Shown: one piece after another, positions 34,963 through 43,427 of the stretch
Layout of the letters: each line of letters begins with the position of its first letter
Numbering within the stretch: the stretch's first letter is position 1
DNA from: an uncultured Acidobacteriota bacterium
GTDB taxonomy: Bacteria > Acidobacteriota > Blastocatellia > RBC074
Direction: 5' to 3'
DNA: 64,000 nucleotides
NCBI GenBank assembly: GCA_963813345.1
Contig: CAWEYR010000014.1
Location: 66,874-130,873, forward strand
The notes under the pieces: model-generated
The model's input: only the letters and a program-made list of their open reading frames with translations
Databases searched by the model: none
Told to the model about the DNA's origin: nothing
Position numbers and translations under genes: made by a program

Positions 34963-35100
34963 CTCTGCCTCGACCTGACGGGTGCCGGTGCAGGAGGTCC
35001 ACCTCCGGGCATCATTTCTCCTGGCTGCATAACCTGCGGCGTTCTTGAATTTGATGGATTCCTTCCACCTGGACCAGATTGTCCACGCGCCTCCTGGCCT

Positions 35101-38100
35101 TCACCTTGACGTTCTCCGCCCTGTTGCTGTCCCTGACCTTGCTGCTGTCCCTGACCCTGCTGTTGACCCCGCTGACCCTGCTGCTGCTCCTGCTGCTGTC
35201 CCTGACGTCCCTGTTGCCCTTGCTGAGCCTGTTGTTGACCTTGCTGCTGTCCTTGTTGCCCGGCTTGCTGACCCGGTCGCTGTCGCTGGCCCTGTTGCTG
35301 ACCCTGTTGCTGACCCTGTTGCTGACCCTGTTGTTGTCCCTGCTGTTGGCCTTGCTGCTGTCCCTGCTGGCGCGCCTGTCGCTGGCCCTGATCTGATGAT
35401 TGTTGTCCGGGCTGATTTCTGCCGTCCGTTTCGCTGGCGCTGACCTTGCTCGTTCAATCGCTGTTGAAGTGAATCAAGGTTGTCGCCTATCTTGCGCGTT
35501 CGATCGAGCGCTTCCTCAGTCTGGTCTCCAGCCGATCGGCGCGAAGCCGATTTCTGGGCTTCGTCAAGTATCTGCGCAACTTCATCGAGATTCTGTTGCA
35601 CCATCCGATCTCCGGCTCGCGCGCCCTCGAGTGAATTCTGATCAAGCATCTGCCGCGTCGCGCGGATGCGTTCAGCAACCCTGTTTCTGCGCAGCGATCC
35701 CGCTGCTTCTCTCAGTTGTTCGCCGGTCTGCTGCTTGTCACTTCCGAAGTTGCGCGATGCCTGGTCGAGGTCACGCTCGAGATTGCCGACGTCGTTTGCA
35801 AGCTGGTTTTTGCGGTCCGAGAGTTGTTGCCTCTCGCGTTGTGTAGCCGATTGTGCTCCCTGTCCCTTGCGCGCCATCTCGTCGACCTTTTCGGTGATAT
35901 CACGCTGTTGCGCCCGCGCATTTTCGGCTCTTCGCTTCAGGTCCTCGACGCTGCTTGCGCCTCCGGCTCGGTTGTTCTGCTCCATTCGCCGCTGCGCATC
36001 TTCAAGTTTCTGGAGTGCGCGCATGTTCTGAGCAATCGCTTCGGTTGAGTTTTTGTTCTGTCCTGCGGCCTGAGCGCGTTGCATCTCATTTGCCGCTTCG
36101 TTGAGCTGCCGGCTCATCTCAGCAAGCTGCGGGTCGCGGCGCTCGCGCGACAAGCGCTCGAGCTCGCGGGCTGTCTTTCGGGTTTCATCGATCAGCTCCT
36201 GCTGCTGTCTGCTCGAGCCACCGCCTCCGCCTCCGGAATTCTGTTGCGCCTGTTGTGCTCGGCGCTGTTGCTCTTCGAGTTGCTTTTGCTGTCTCCTGGC
36301 CAATTCCTCGAGCTTGCGCTTTGTTTCGTCATCCTGTTGGTTTGCCTGCTGGCGCTGCTCGCGTTGCAACGTTTCGTACTGATTCTTCATCTTGTCGAGC
36401 TCGAGCTCGAAAAGATCCGCCAGCTCTTCTGCGCGTTCGTTCTGGCTTCCTCCGCCAGATCCTCCCTGATTCTGCGCAACCTGAATGTCTCTGAAAATCG
36501 CGTCCGCACGAAGCAACTGCTGCAGAGACCTTTGTTCGGCCGGCAATGCATCCTTTGACTTCTTGTTTCTCAGCTCGACGATCGCGGCTTCCATCTCTTT
36601 GGTTGCCTTTGTAAGGTGATCAACAAGCTTCGAGAAGTCTCCCTGACCGTTCAGCTGTTCGCCCAGCCGTCGCTTGATGCGTTCGATCAGGACATTGGTA
36701 TCGTCCCGCAGTTTCTCCTGTCCGAGTGTGACGGTATTGTAGTTCTCGTTGCGCTCGGCTTCGCTGTAAGTGCTTTCTTCCCGTTGAATGCGAAACGTTG
36801 CCGCAATCAGTTCCTTTTGCCGTTTTGGAAGAGCATTCTCCTGCTGGCCCTCGCCGCCTGCGCCCGGGGGCTGCTGGGACTGGCGATACTCGCGCTCGAA
36901 CGGTTTGACCTCGATGAAATAGATGTCACTTGTCGCTTCACGTCGCGCATCTCGCGCCTTCGCGTAATATGAAATGAAATCCCCCGGCTCGAGGCCATAC
37001 TCTTCCAGGAAGAACGTGTGTGTTGCTTTCATCGAACGCGAGGCTTCGCGCTGTAGATGCTGGAGATCGACCTTCTTTTCTTCGCCTCCATTCACCGAAA
37101 AGAACATTTCGAGCGAAGCGACGCCGTAGTCGTCCTCGGCTTTGGCTTCGGTAAATATCTCTTCAACGCTGGTCGCGCGCGCGTCGCGCCCCGGTTTTTC
37201 AAAGCTCACAGTTGGCGGCTGATCGTCGAGCAGAACGATGTCGAACTCGCTGGAGCCGTTGTAAGTCTCGCCATCGACGCTCACAAGCTCGATGTGATAC
37301 GACGTATTGCGCGTGACTGTCACGTTTCCGGCAAAATCCTTCTCACCCTCTAGCGTCATTTCAATCTTTTCGCCGTCCTTGAGCACGATTCTCGCGCTCT
37401 TAGCCTTTGCCGTCATCCGCGCAGTGATTTTGACTACCGAGCCTTGCAGTGCTGCAACCTCACCGCTGTCCTCGATTGTTTTCGATGGGAGGCCGGTATA
37501 GGACGGGAAGTTTATGACCACATCCAGCTGCTTCACATATGGCAGGTCCGCAACGTCGAGTTTATAGGTTTGCGACTTGATGCCGTTGGATTCGACAAAG
37601 TACTCGACCGCATCCTGGATGTTGAAAATATAGAATTGAAAATCCTGCTTGTTCTTCCCGGGCTCCATACTCTGGCCGACCCACTGGTCGTTTCCGGAGC
37701 CGATCTTGCGCGTGAAAACCGTCACGGGCTCGACATAGAAGTTGTTGAGTGTAGCGAGAAGTCGCTGGTCAGAATTCTTGGGCACGCGTGCATTACCCGG
37801 TTTAACCGAGATGCTCATCGCACTTGATGTAGCAGCTTCACTTGCCGGAGCAAGCAGATTGGCTATCCCGCCCCGAATCTCTGAAGGACCGAAAAAGAAC
37901 GTACCTATTCCCAACAGGAGTGCTGCGACCGCTGCAGCGCCCCACTTCGCGAGAGTGCTGCCAGGCACGATCTCGTCAAGCTGAACTGCTCGTGCCGAGG
38001 CGTCCGCATCGCTCAAGAGACGATCGACTATTACTGGCGATGAAGCTCCAGGCTGGTCTTTCACCTCGACCGCGCTCACGAAGCGCTCGTCGAGCCCATG

Positions 38101-38388
38101 GTGCCGCTCTTCCACAAAGCGAGCGATCTGAGACTCGCTCGGCTTTCTTCGCACACCTCGCACGATGAAAAAGTAGACCGCCGCCACCAGCGCCGCGAAC
38201 GCGACAATGCGAAGCGAGATAAGCGCGCCAGTATTGGCACGATATCGGTATGAAAGCCAACCGAGTGCAATCACCGAAAGACTCGCTACCGCCAGTACCC
38301 CAGCCAGTCCCTTGAGGAGTGCGACGTAGAACCGTCGACGCTCGACACCCTGGATTAGATGGAATAGTGATTGGTCCTGGTATTTCAT
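35101..38388 (-). CDS. Large membrane-anchored coiled-coil protein, DUF4175-like
   Basis: 1095-aa ORF with two N-terminal TM helices (LAGVLAVASLSVIALGWL and LRIVAFAALVAAVYFFIV). A beta-rich middle is followed by a long Q/E/R-rich coiled coil. The reading frame of the 3' end is ambiguous (see findings). Confidence 0.75.
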   Translation of the reverse strand: MKYQDQSLFHLIQGVERRRFYVALLKGLAGVLAVASLSVIALGWLSYRYRANTGALISLRIVAFAALVAAVYFFIVRGVRRKPSESQIARFVEERHHGLDERFVSAVEVKDQPGASSPVIVDRLLSDADASARAVQLDEIVPGSTLAKWGAAAVAALLLGIGTFFFGPSEIRGGIANLLAPASEAATSSAMSISVKPGNARVPKNSDQRLLATLNNFYVEPVTVFTRKIGSGNDQWVGQSMEPGKNKQDFQFYIFNIQDAVEYFVESNGIKSQTYKLDVADLPYVKQLDVVINFPSYTGLPSKTIEDSGEVAALQGSVVKITARMTAKAKSARIVLKDGEKIEMTLEGEKDFAGNVTVTRNTSYHIELVSVDGETYNGSSEFDIVLLDDQPPTVSFEKPGRDARATSVEEIFTEAKAEDDYGVASLEMFFSVNGGEEKKVDLQHLQREASRSMKATHTFFLEEYGLEPGDFISYYAKARDARREATSDIYFIEVKPFEREYRQSQQPPGAGGEGQQENALPKRQKELIAATFRIQREESTYSEAERNENYNTVTLGQEKLRDDTNVLIERIKRRLGEQLNGQGDFSKLVDHLTKATKEMEAAIVELRNKKSKDALPAEQRSLQQLLRADAIFRDIQVAQNQGGSGGGSQNERAEELADLFELELDKMKNQYETLQREQRQQANQQDDETKRKLEELARRQQKQLEEQQRRAQQAQQNSGGGGGGSSRQQQELIDETRKTARELERLSRERRDPQLAEMSRQLNEAANEMQRAQAAGQNKNSTEAIAQNMRALQKLEDAQRRMEQNNRAGGASSVEDLKRRAENARAQQRDITEKVDEMARKGQGAQSATQRERQQLSDRKNQLANDVGNLERDLDQASRNFGSDKQQTGEQLREAAGSLRRNRVAERIRATRQMLDQNSLEGARAGDRMVQQNLDEVAQILDEAQKSASRRSAGDQTEEALDRTRKIGDNLDSLQQRLNEQGQRQRNGRQKSARTTIIRSGPATGAPAGTAARPTAGTTTGSATGSATGSATGPATATGSASRATRTAARSTTGSARATGTSGTAAGAAAGSAGSTAGSGTAARSGTATGRRTSR
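35121..35390 (-). repeat. Imperfect 12-nt tandem repeat inside coding sequence (Gln/Gly low-complexity region)
   Basis: The plus strand shows about 22 units of CTGYTGCTGNCC. Three perfect CCTGTTGCTGAC units lie at 35291-35326. The repeat core carries no stop codon on either strand. Confidence 0.85.
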
Positions 38389-38415
38389 AGTCTTACTCCG
38401 CGTCCACTGCAGTTA

Positions 38416-40458
38416 TCAGTTGATAATGCGGGCAGTCTTCAACCTGCGAGCAAGTATCGCCTCACTGACGAAAAGCACGAAAGCAGCCAGAAGAAGTATC
38501 CACCAGACACGCTGTCCGGATTCGATCTCTTCACTGGTTGCCGTACGTTGAGTCATGGTTTCGCGACGTGATGCGTCTTGCGCGTCAACTCCTGTGACAG
38601 CTGCGATAAACTCTGTCACGTCCATCTTCTTCAAATCCGATTCGAGCGTCGGAACATTCACCCCTTCATAGTCGCTGGCCTGTGGCAGTCGGATCCTGTA
38701 AAAGCCGGGCTCCTGGGGATTCACTATCAGGTCTCCGAGCGAGGATTGAGTGCGATCGGTCAATCGAGCACCTCCCGGCGAATCGACCGCGGGCAGGGAA
38801 GCATCCTCGAGGGCAGCTACCGTAAATGGTTGACCTGTCGTATGCCATGGCCGCTCGTCGCGCTCACCCAGGTAACGAACAATCTGTCTCACGAGCGGCA
38901 GGTAGACCGGTGACAGCGGCAGATCGTTCCAGAAAGAGTCAAAGGTAGAAGTGAAAAGGATGACTTTGCCCTTTCCAGTGCCTGCCTCGACGATTGCTGG
39001 TGATCCATCCTGGAACCTTGCAATAACAGATGAAGCTTCTCGAGGCGCAGAACGAAAGTATCCGCCAAACCTTATCGAAGCCAGCCGGCCGCTTTGTCGA
39101 AATACCTCGAAGACTGGATGATCGGTCCTGATCTCGCTGAGCGTAACTGGCGATGTTCGCACCTGTACCGCTTCCTCCAGCACAGCCGGTGCCAGTGTGC
39201 CGAAACTTCTGTTGAAAGCATCGGCGCGCGTGTGAGGTCCGGTTGAGACGACCAGACCGCCGCCTTTCTCAACAAACTTCAAAAGTTCACTCGCCAGTGC
39301 GCCACTGATCTCTCCGGGATCGTTGAGTATTACAACGCCATATTCTGAAAGTTCGGCGGGATTTGTCGATCCAGAGCTCTTCACCGTCAGCGCGAAGGGG
39401 AGATTTTCGCCAGTCGTGAGGGCGTTCTTAAGGTAAAAACTCTCGCTCTGGCCCCTTGTGGACGTTTCAATGACGAGGACCTTGACCTGAGGTGCTCGTC
39501 TGATCGTGAACGAGAACCGGTTGTCGAACGTGAATGCGTCATCTGTAACTTCGAGCTGGCAGCGATTGACGCCGTCGTTCACATTGAAATCCGTGAACTC
39601 GAGGGTTTTCGATTCACCGGCAGGCACGTCGATTTCGCGCTTCTCGATGACGGAGTCATTGATGTGAAACGCGAGTCTTACTCCCTTCCGGTCTTCAAGT
39701 CCAAAGTTTGTCAACTTGGCGGTAAGCTTGTCACTGTATTTCTGCTGGTAAACCAGGCCGTGAACTCCCAGGTCAGATATGGCGACGTTTTCAATCGACT
39801 CGTCACTGACATCCACAAGTTCGAGTTTTATGTCACCCTTGAGTCTGAAATCGTTGCTCGCTTCGCCCTTGCCGGATGCCTGAAAATCGCTGATCAGGAA
39901 AATGCGTTTCGCGCCCGCAGTATCATCTACGAAAAGTGATTCAGCGCCCTTGAGGGCCTGCATAATGTCCGTTCCGAGGTTCGTAGGTTGAAGACCTGTT
40001 ACCGCCGCGCGTAGCTTGCCAGTGTCCGTGCTGAACTTTTCCAGAACTTCATAACCTCGATTGAAAGTGACAAGCGCGCCTTTCTCGCCCTGAATATCGG
40101 AAATGATGCCGAGAGCGCGCTGTCTTGCCTTCTCAAAGCGACCACTCTGACGCATGGTCAACGAGTTATCGAAAAGAATGACATTGGATCGATCACGCTG
40201 CATGGCCTCAGCGCCGCTTCCCGGTAGAAACGGTCTTGCGAACGCCAGTACTACCAGCATGAGTGCGAGTGCACGAAGTGCGAGAAGAAGAAGATTGTGA
40301 AGGCGCTTGCGCCGGATTGTCCTCTGCGGGACACGGCGTACAAACATCAGCGAAGGAAAGTCCACCTGCGGCGCCCGCGTGCGCCGCACCAGATGCACTA
40401 TCACCGGCACTGCAAGCGCGCCCAATCCCAGCAGAAATAGTGGACTCAACAAAGACAT
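38416..40458 (-). CDS. BatA-N (N-terminal double-transmembrane domain) protein with a VWA-like region
   Basis: It starts MSLLSPLFLLGLGALAVPVIVHLVRRTR...FPSLMF, the aerotolerance-regulator N-terminal signature. A C-terminal TM helix is present. Confidence 0.8.
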   Translation of the reverse strand: MSLLSPLFLLGLGALAVPVIVHLVRRTRAPQVDFPSLMFVRRVPQRTIRRKRLHNLLLLALRALALMLVVLAFARPFLPGSGAEAMQRDRSNVILFDNSLTMRQSGRFEKARQRALGIISDIQGEKGALVTFNRGYEVLEKFSTDTGKLRAAVTGLQPTNLGTDIMQALKGAESLFVDDTAGAKRIFLISDFQASGKGEASNDFRLKGDIKLELVDVSDESIENVAISDLGVHGLVYQQKYSDKLTAKLTNFGLEDRKGVRLAFHINDSVIEKREIDVPAGESKTLEFTDFNVNDGVNRCQLEVTDDAFTFDNRFSFTIRRAPQVKVLVIETSTRGQSESFYLKNALTTGENLPFALTVKSSGSTNPAELSEYGVVILNDPGEISGALASELLKFVEKGGGLVVSTGPHTRADAFNRSFGTLAPAVLEEAVQVRTSPVTLSEIRTDHPVFEVFRQSGRLASIRFGGYFRSAPREASSVIARFQDGSPAIVEAGTGKGKVILFTSTFDSFWNDLPLSPVYLPLVRQIVRYLGERDERPWHTTGQPFTVAALEDASLPAVDSPGGARLTDRTQSSLGDLIVNPQEPGFYRIRLPQASDYEGVNVPTLESDLKKMDVTEFIAAVTGVDAQDASRRETMTQRTATSEEIESGQRVWWILLLAAFVLFVSEAILARRLKTARIIN

Positions 40459-40465
40459 GCGTTAC

Positions 40466-41432
40466 CTACTTCCTCGCTCGTTTGGCAAGGAAGGAAAAGA
40501 GAGCAAAATCCAGGGGTTTGTCCGTCGTCAGAAGCTCGTAATCAATACGATTGCGGGAAGATCCTTCACTAAGTTCGTCGAGATGCTTCCGGAATGTATC
40601 GCGGTAACCTTCGGCCAGAATGTCGGGCAACACGTGAATCATCTCGTCTGTCTCGAGGTCGCGGAGCAGAACCGGCTCAGAGAATGTGAAATCGACTTCA
40701 TTCGGGATCGAGCACGTGAAAGACGATGACATCATTTCCCTTGAAGCGGAGATGCTCGAGCGCATTCAAGATTGCCTGCGGTTCATCGTAGAGATCGGAA
40801 ATCAGCACAATAATTCCACGTCGCGTAATTCTCTCGGCAACCTGGTGCAGAACGTTGCCTACGCGCGTCTCGTTTACGGCCGATACCTGCTCGAGATTCC
40901 CAAGTATCGTGCGCAGGTGTCCGCTTCTGTTGTGTGCTGGCACGTGAACGCGCACATTCTGATCAAATGCCATCAATCCAACGGCATCCTGCTGGCGACT
41001 GGCGAGATAGGCAAGTGACGCGGCAAGGCACTTGCCATATTCGAGTTTGCTCATCGGCCCGGTCGAGTACGACATCGACGTGCTCGCATCGAGCAGAATG
41101 TGACACTGCGAGTTTGTATCGGCGCGATACTTCTTTATGAAGTACCTGTCAGTTCTCCCAAGCAGTTTCCAGTCGAGATGCCGGATATCGTCGCCGGGCA
41201 TGTACTGTCGATATTCAGCAAACTCTGTCGAGAAACCGGTAAAAGGAGAACGATGAAGCCCGGAAATAAAGCCTTCAACGACGGTCCGTGCCAGCAATTC
41301 GAGAGAACTGATTCGCGCGAGAACTTCCGGCTCGAGAAAACGAGGTGTTCCACCACCAGAGAAATGGGGAGCATCGACAGTCTGCGACTGCACTCCGCGG
41401 TCAGTTTTTCCTTTTCTTGAGAATGACCACAT
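40466..41432 (-). CDS. DUF58 domain protein. Frame broken around 40700-40765.
   Basis: ORF 40698..41432 contains PGDDIRHLDWKLLGRTDRYFIKKY, the DUF58 hallmark. The C-terminus continues in ORF 40466..40765 as ...NEVDFTFSEPVLLRDLE. Confidence 0.85.
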
Positions 41433-41441
41433 TGTTCTTTT

Positions 41442-41470
41442 GTACGTTGTACCGCCTTCAGGCGGAATCT
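41442..41470. repeat. REP family A unit between moxR and the DUF58 gene
   Basis: GTACGTTGTACCGCCTTCAGGCGGAATCT occupies most of the 49-nt intercistronic gap. Confidence 0.75.
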
Positions 41471-41481
41471 TCCTTCCGCCC

Positions 41482-42501
41482 TTACAATCCCGACTTCGGT
41501 TCCGGGACGCTTTCGATCAACTTCGAGATCACCTTGTCCGTATCGACCTTCTCAGATTCTGCCTGGAAATTCAGCAATATACGGTGGCGCAACACGGGAT
41601 AGGCCATTGCGCGAACATCCTCGCACGAAACGTTGTACCGGCCGTGAAGGATCGCTCGAGCCTTACCTCCGAGGATCAGGAACTGCGATGCGCGGAGCGA
41701 TGCGCCCCACGTGACCCATCGCTTTATAAAGTCGGGCGCCGTGTCATTGACGGGCCGGCTTGTGCTCACAAGGCGAACGGCATATCGCGTAACAGCATCA
41801 GCAGAAGGCACCTTGCGAACCAGCTTCTGAAAGGCCAGTATCTCGTCCGCCGATATCTGCCTTTCGAACTGGATATCCTGAGGCGAAGTTGTCATGCGGA
41901 CGACGGTCACCTCGTCTTCCTCCGGTAGATACCCAATCCGAACGTTGAACATAAAGCGGTCGAGCTGCGCCTCGGGAAGGGGATAGGTTCCTTCCATCTC
42001 GATCGGATTTTGAGTTGCAAGTACGAAAAACGGGCGTGGGAGATGATAGGTTGTACCCTGAACCGTGACGCTGAACTCCTGCATCGATTCGAGCAGCGCG
42101 GCCTGTGTTTTTGGAGGCGTCCGGTTGATCTCGTCAGCAAGGATAATGTTGGCGAAGACGGGGCCACGAATAAACTGCAATGCGCGATGTCCCGTGGACC
42201 GGTCTTCTTCGATGATTTCCGTGCCCGTGATATCAGCAGGCATGAGATCGGGCGTGAACTGTATTCGTTTGAACGAAAGGTCCAGCACATTCGCGATCGT
42301 GCGAACAAGGAGCGTCTTGGCCAGACCGGGAACGCCGGTGATGATCGTATGGCCCCCTACAAAGAGCGAGATCAGTACCTGCTCAACCACTTCGTCCTGA
42401 CCCACAATCGTTTTGCGGATTTCGTGAAGAATTCGTTCGCGAGCTGAAACCAGCCGGTCCAGCAGCTCCTCGTCGCGAATCGTTGTTGTGTCAACTGCCA
42501 T
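41482..42501 (-). CDS. MoxR-family AAA+ ATPase
   Basis: 339-aa intact ORF with Walker A GVPGLAKT, Walker B ILADEINR and the typical MoxR length and C-terminus. Confidence 0.95.
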   Translation of the reverse strand: MAVDTTTIRDEELLDRLVSARERILHEIRKTIVGQDEVVEQVLISLFVGGHTIITGVPGLAKTLLVRTIANVLDLSFKRIQFTPDLMPADITGTEIIEEDRSTGHRALQFIRGPVFANIILADEINRTPPKTQAALLESMQEFSVTVQGTTYHLPRPFFVLATQNPIEMEGTYPLPEAQLDRFMFNVRIGYLPEEDEVTVVRMTTSPQDIQFERQISADEILAFQKLVRKVPSADAVTRYAVRLVSTSRPVNDTAPDFIKRWVTWGASLRASQFLILGGKARAILHGRYNVSCEDVRAMAYPVLRHRILLNFQAESEKVDTDKVISKLIESVPEPKSGL

Positions 42502-42545
42502 TAACTCTCCTTTGTCTTCGCTGGAATCTTGAAATAATCAGTTTA

Positions 42546-43327
42546 TCAGTGCGTCAGAGCATAAACGATGTAATTAACCCCGAACTTGTATGACTCGTTG
42601 GTCTCCTCGATTGGTCGAAAGGGGTTATCCGACCATTGCCAGTAGTCGCTCATATCGTAGTTGTAATTGATCATTACGAAGAGACGCCCGTGCTCATCCT
42701 CGATGCCGTGAAACTCCGGAGTGTAGTATCCGTACATCGGGTTGAGATCGAGACTCTTGATCGAAAAGAAGCAGTTGAAAATCGGGTGAGAGATGTCGAG
42801 CCGCTTCATTTGAAATTCGGGGAAAGCGCGCTGCAGATTGTGTTGTAGCGAGCCAGCTCCCCTGCAGTCCTGAAGTCGTCGACAAGCACGAAGCCGCCTC
42901 TCAGGCAATACTCGCGAAGTCCCGCAATCTCCTTGTCGTTCAAATCCATGAATCCGACTTCACACAGATAGATAAACGGGTACTTGAATATCTCGGGGTC
43001 GTCAAATGTGAATATGGGTTCGTCTCTGTCGAGCGTCAGGTCGGCTTTCGAAAGCTCTGACATGATCTTCATCAGATGACGGCCGGCTATCGGGTAATCG
43101 TGAGACCACGGAAGCCCGCCGTCACCGAGATGAGTGCGCATTCCAAAGCCGCTGAACATGCTGACGTCGAAGCGAGCGCGAGCGAAGGTGACCCTGCCTG
43201 AAAGATCTTCGGTGTTCTGTGGCACATCCGTTATCCGCGGCAGATTTGATTGCGGCTTGCGAGGCGGGCGCTGTGCAGGAGCGAGTCCAACAAGCATGCT
43301 CATGATGCAGGCGATGAATGCCAGCAC
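42546..43327 (-). CDS. DUF4159-like secreted protein. Frame broken around 42810-42905.
   Basis: ORF 42806..43327 (signal peptide, ...WSHDYPIAGRHL...) continues in ORF 42546..42908 (...FPEFQMKRLDISHPIF...). The family call is by eye. Confidence 0.7.
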
Positions 43328-43333
43328 TTTAAG

Positions 43334-43397
43334 GATGTAGTACCGCCTTTAGGCGGAAGTTCGCTGCCGAGATTCCGCCTGAAGGCGGTAAACATGC
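43334..43397. repeat. Inverted pair of REP family A units inside the MoxR operon
   Basis: GATGTAGTACCGCCTTTAGGCGGAAG, a 13-nt spacer, then ATTCCGCCTGAAGGCGGTAAACATGC. It fills the gap between 43327 and 43428. Confidence 0.8.
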
Positions 43398-43427
43398 TTT
43401 GCTTGTGCTTTTCCATTTCCAATTCCG

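Noticed and set aside
35101-35103. In-frame TGA between ORF 35101..38388 and ORF 34642..34962 as a selenocysteine or read-through codon.
   Set aside because: No SECIS-like hairpin is evident immediately downstream. The residues encoded just after the TGA (RPGGAWTIWSRWKES) look like out-of-frame sequence. A double frame shift through the Gln/Gly frame explains the data better. It is kept only as an alternative within the corresponding finding.
35045-35443. Plus-strand ORFs across the 12-nt repeat (35045..35443 and 35079..35396, the latter almost pure Leu/Ser/Thr).
   Set aside because: They are a mirror-image artefact of the CAG/CAA-rich minus-strand coding repeat. The repeat core lacks stops in every frame only because of its composition.
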